The translations under genes and the position numbers were made by a program. From Pirellulales bacterium (GTDB taxonomy: Bacteria > Planctomycetota > Planctomycetia > Pirellulales > JAEUIK01), in the NCBI GenBank assembly GCA_019745975.1, contig JAIESQ010000006.1, positions 48,433 to 112,432 of the forward strand: a stretch of 64,000 nt of DNA. The letters are read 5' to 3'. Positions 63,092-64,000 of this stretch are shown here, piece by piece; positions within the stretch are counted from its first letter, which is position 1; each line of letters opens with the position of its first letter. The notes under the pieces are model-generated. The model made no database searches and was not told where the DNA came from. It worked only from the letters and a program-made list of their open reading frames with translations.

Positions 63092-64000
63092 CGTCGAACT
63101 TGGCGCTCGTGACAATTCATCAACTGGTGCGCGACACGTTCCGTCAATCGCGCGCGCAAGGGGTGTTCTGGCTGCTGCTGGGAATCTCGGCGGTTTGCAT
63201 CTTGTTGTGCGCGAGCGTGAACATCGAGGGAGCGCAGCAACTGGCGACACCGGGCGAGAACCCTGACTTTCTCCCCCGCAACGATCCGCGGGCCGGTGAC
63301 CGCGAAACGCTCGAGCGCGATGGCGTGGTGGTGGTCGGCGGAGAACTGACGCTGGGCTTCGGCGCGGTTCGCGTTCCCTTGGCGCGCGACGCCGGGAACG
63401 CCGTCCACGCGTTGCAACTGGCGCTGGCCGCCGGCGTGGCCGACACGCTCGGCGTGCTTCTGGCCCTGGTGTGGACCGCCGGATTTCTGCCGGGCTTTTT
63501 GGATCGGCAGTCGATCAGCGTGCTGTTGGCCAAGCCGGCGCCGCGCTGGGCGCTACTCTTGGGCAAATATGCCGGCGTGCTGGCGTTCGTGCTCTTACAG
63601 GGGGCGATCTTCGTCGGCGGCACCTGGTTGGCGCTGGGTGCCCGCACCGGCATCTGGGATTTCGCATACCTGAAGAGCGCTCCGTTGTTGCTGCTGCACT
63701 TTGGTATCTTCTTCAGCGTGTCGCTGCTGTTGGCCGTTTGCACGCGGAGCACCGTGGCCAGTGTGTTCGGCTCGATCGCTTTCTGGCTGCTGTGCTGGGG
63801 AATGAACTTTGGGCGGCATGCCTTGGTGGCCGACGTGGCTGCCGGCAGCGGCGCGCAGTTCGGTCAGCCGCTGTTGGGGATTGTCGAATTCGGCTATTGG
63901 TTTTTGCCCAAGCCGGCCGACTTGGGGATGCTGGTGCGCGACGCCCTGGGAGCGCAGAACTTCTACGGTCAGCCGGCCGTGTTCGAAGCCGTGCAGGCGC
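63088..64000 (+). CDS. ABC-2 type permease (partial, runs off the window)
   Basis: The ATG overlaps the ATPase stop (ATGA). Hand-read N-terminus MTSNLALVTIHQLVRDTFRQSRAQGVFWLLLGISAVCILL, with hydrophobic segments downstream. Confidence 0.7.
   Translation, partial: MTSNLALVTIHQLVRDTFRQSRAQGVFWLLLGISAVCILLCASVNIEGAQQLATPGENPDFLPRNDPRAGDRETLERDGVVVVGGELTLGFGAVRVPLARDAGNAVHALQLALAAGVADTLGVLLALVWTAGFLPGFLDRQSISVLLAKPAPRWALLLGKYAGVLAFVLLQGAIFVGGTWLALGARTGIWDFAYLKSAPLLLLHFGIFFSVSLLLAVCTRSTVASVFGSIAFWLLCWGMNFGRHALVADVAAGSGAQFGQPLLGIVEFGYWFLPKPADLGMLVRDALGAQNFYGQPAVFEAVQA

Overview
This is a high-GC bacterial chromosome segment. Gene content suggests Planctomycetota, which is an inference, not a database result. 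It splits into two compositional halves.

**Positions ~1-34,000.** This half is visibly lower in GC and reads as a composite integrated mobile island.
- It carries a heavy-metal cargo block: a P1B-ATPase, two CzcC-like outer-membrane factors, and CzcB/CzcA-like RND efflux components.
- It has an establishment / anti-defence block on the minus strand: ArdA, a tyrosine recombinase, a DUF932-like gene, three paralogous small proteins, and several micro-ORFs.
- It contains an ATP-grasp plus precursor pair that looks like a non-canonical graspetide RiPP locus.
- It contains a HEAT-repeat / FliG_C-like pair.
- It contains a three-gene minus-strand module in which two large proteins share a PD-(D/E)xK-like core, one of them ending in a SEC-C zinc motif. 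This is a candidate uncharacterised defence or addiction system.
- Two families of conserved, hairpin-rich non-coding elements are embedded in the island.

**Positions ~34,160-64,000.** This half is very GC-rich core genome. It encodes an esterase, MBL hydrolase, SDR, RuvX, a PSP1-like protein, BioB, an SNase-like nuclease, a serine hydrolase, Mrp/ApbC, a degenerate sigma54-type regulator, DgkA, an LptD-like protein, a GT-C glycosyltransferase, an MMPL transporter, an SPFH-SPFH-PspA membrane cluster, a TadE/TadE/vWA cluster and an ABC transporter.

No rRNA, tRNA, CRISPR array or transposase was recognised. All family calls come from motifs read by eye. No searches were run.
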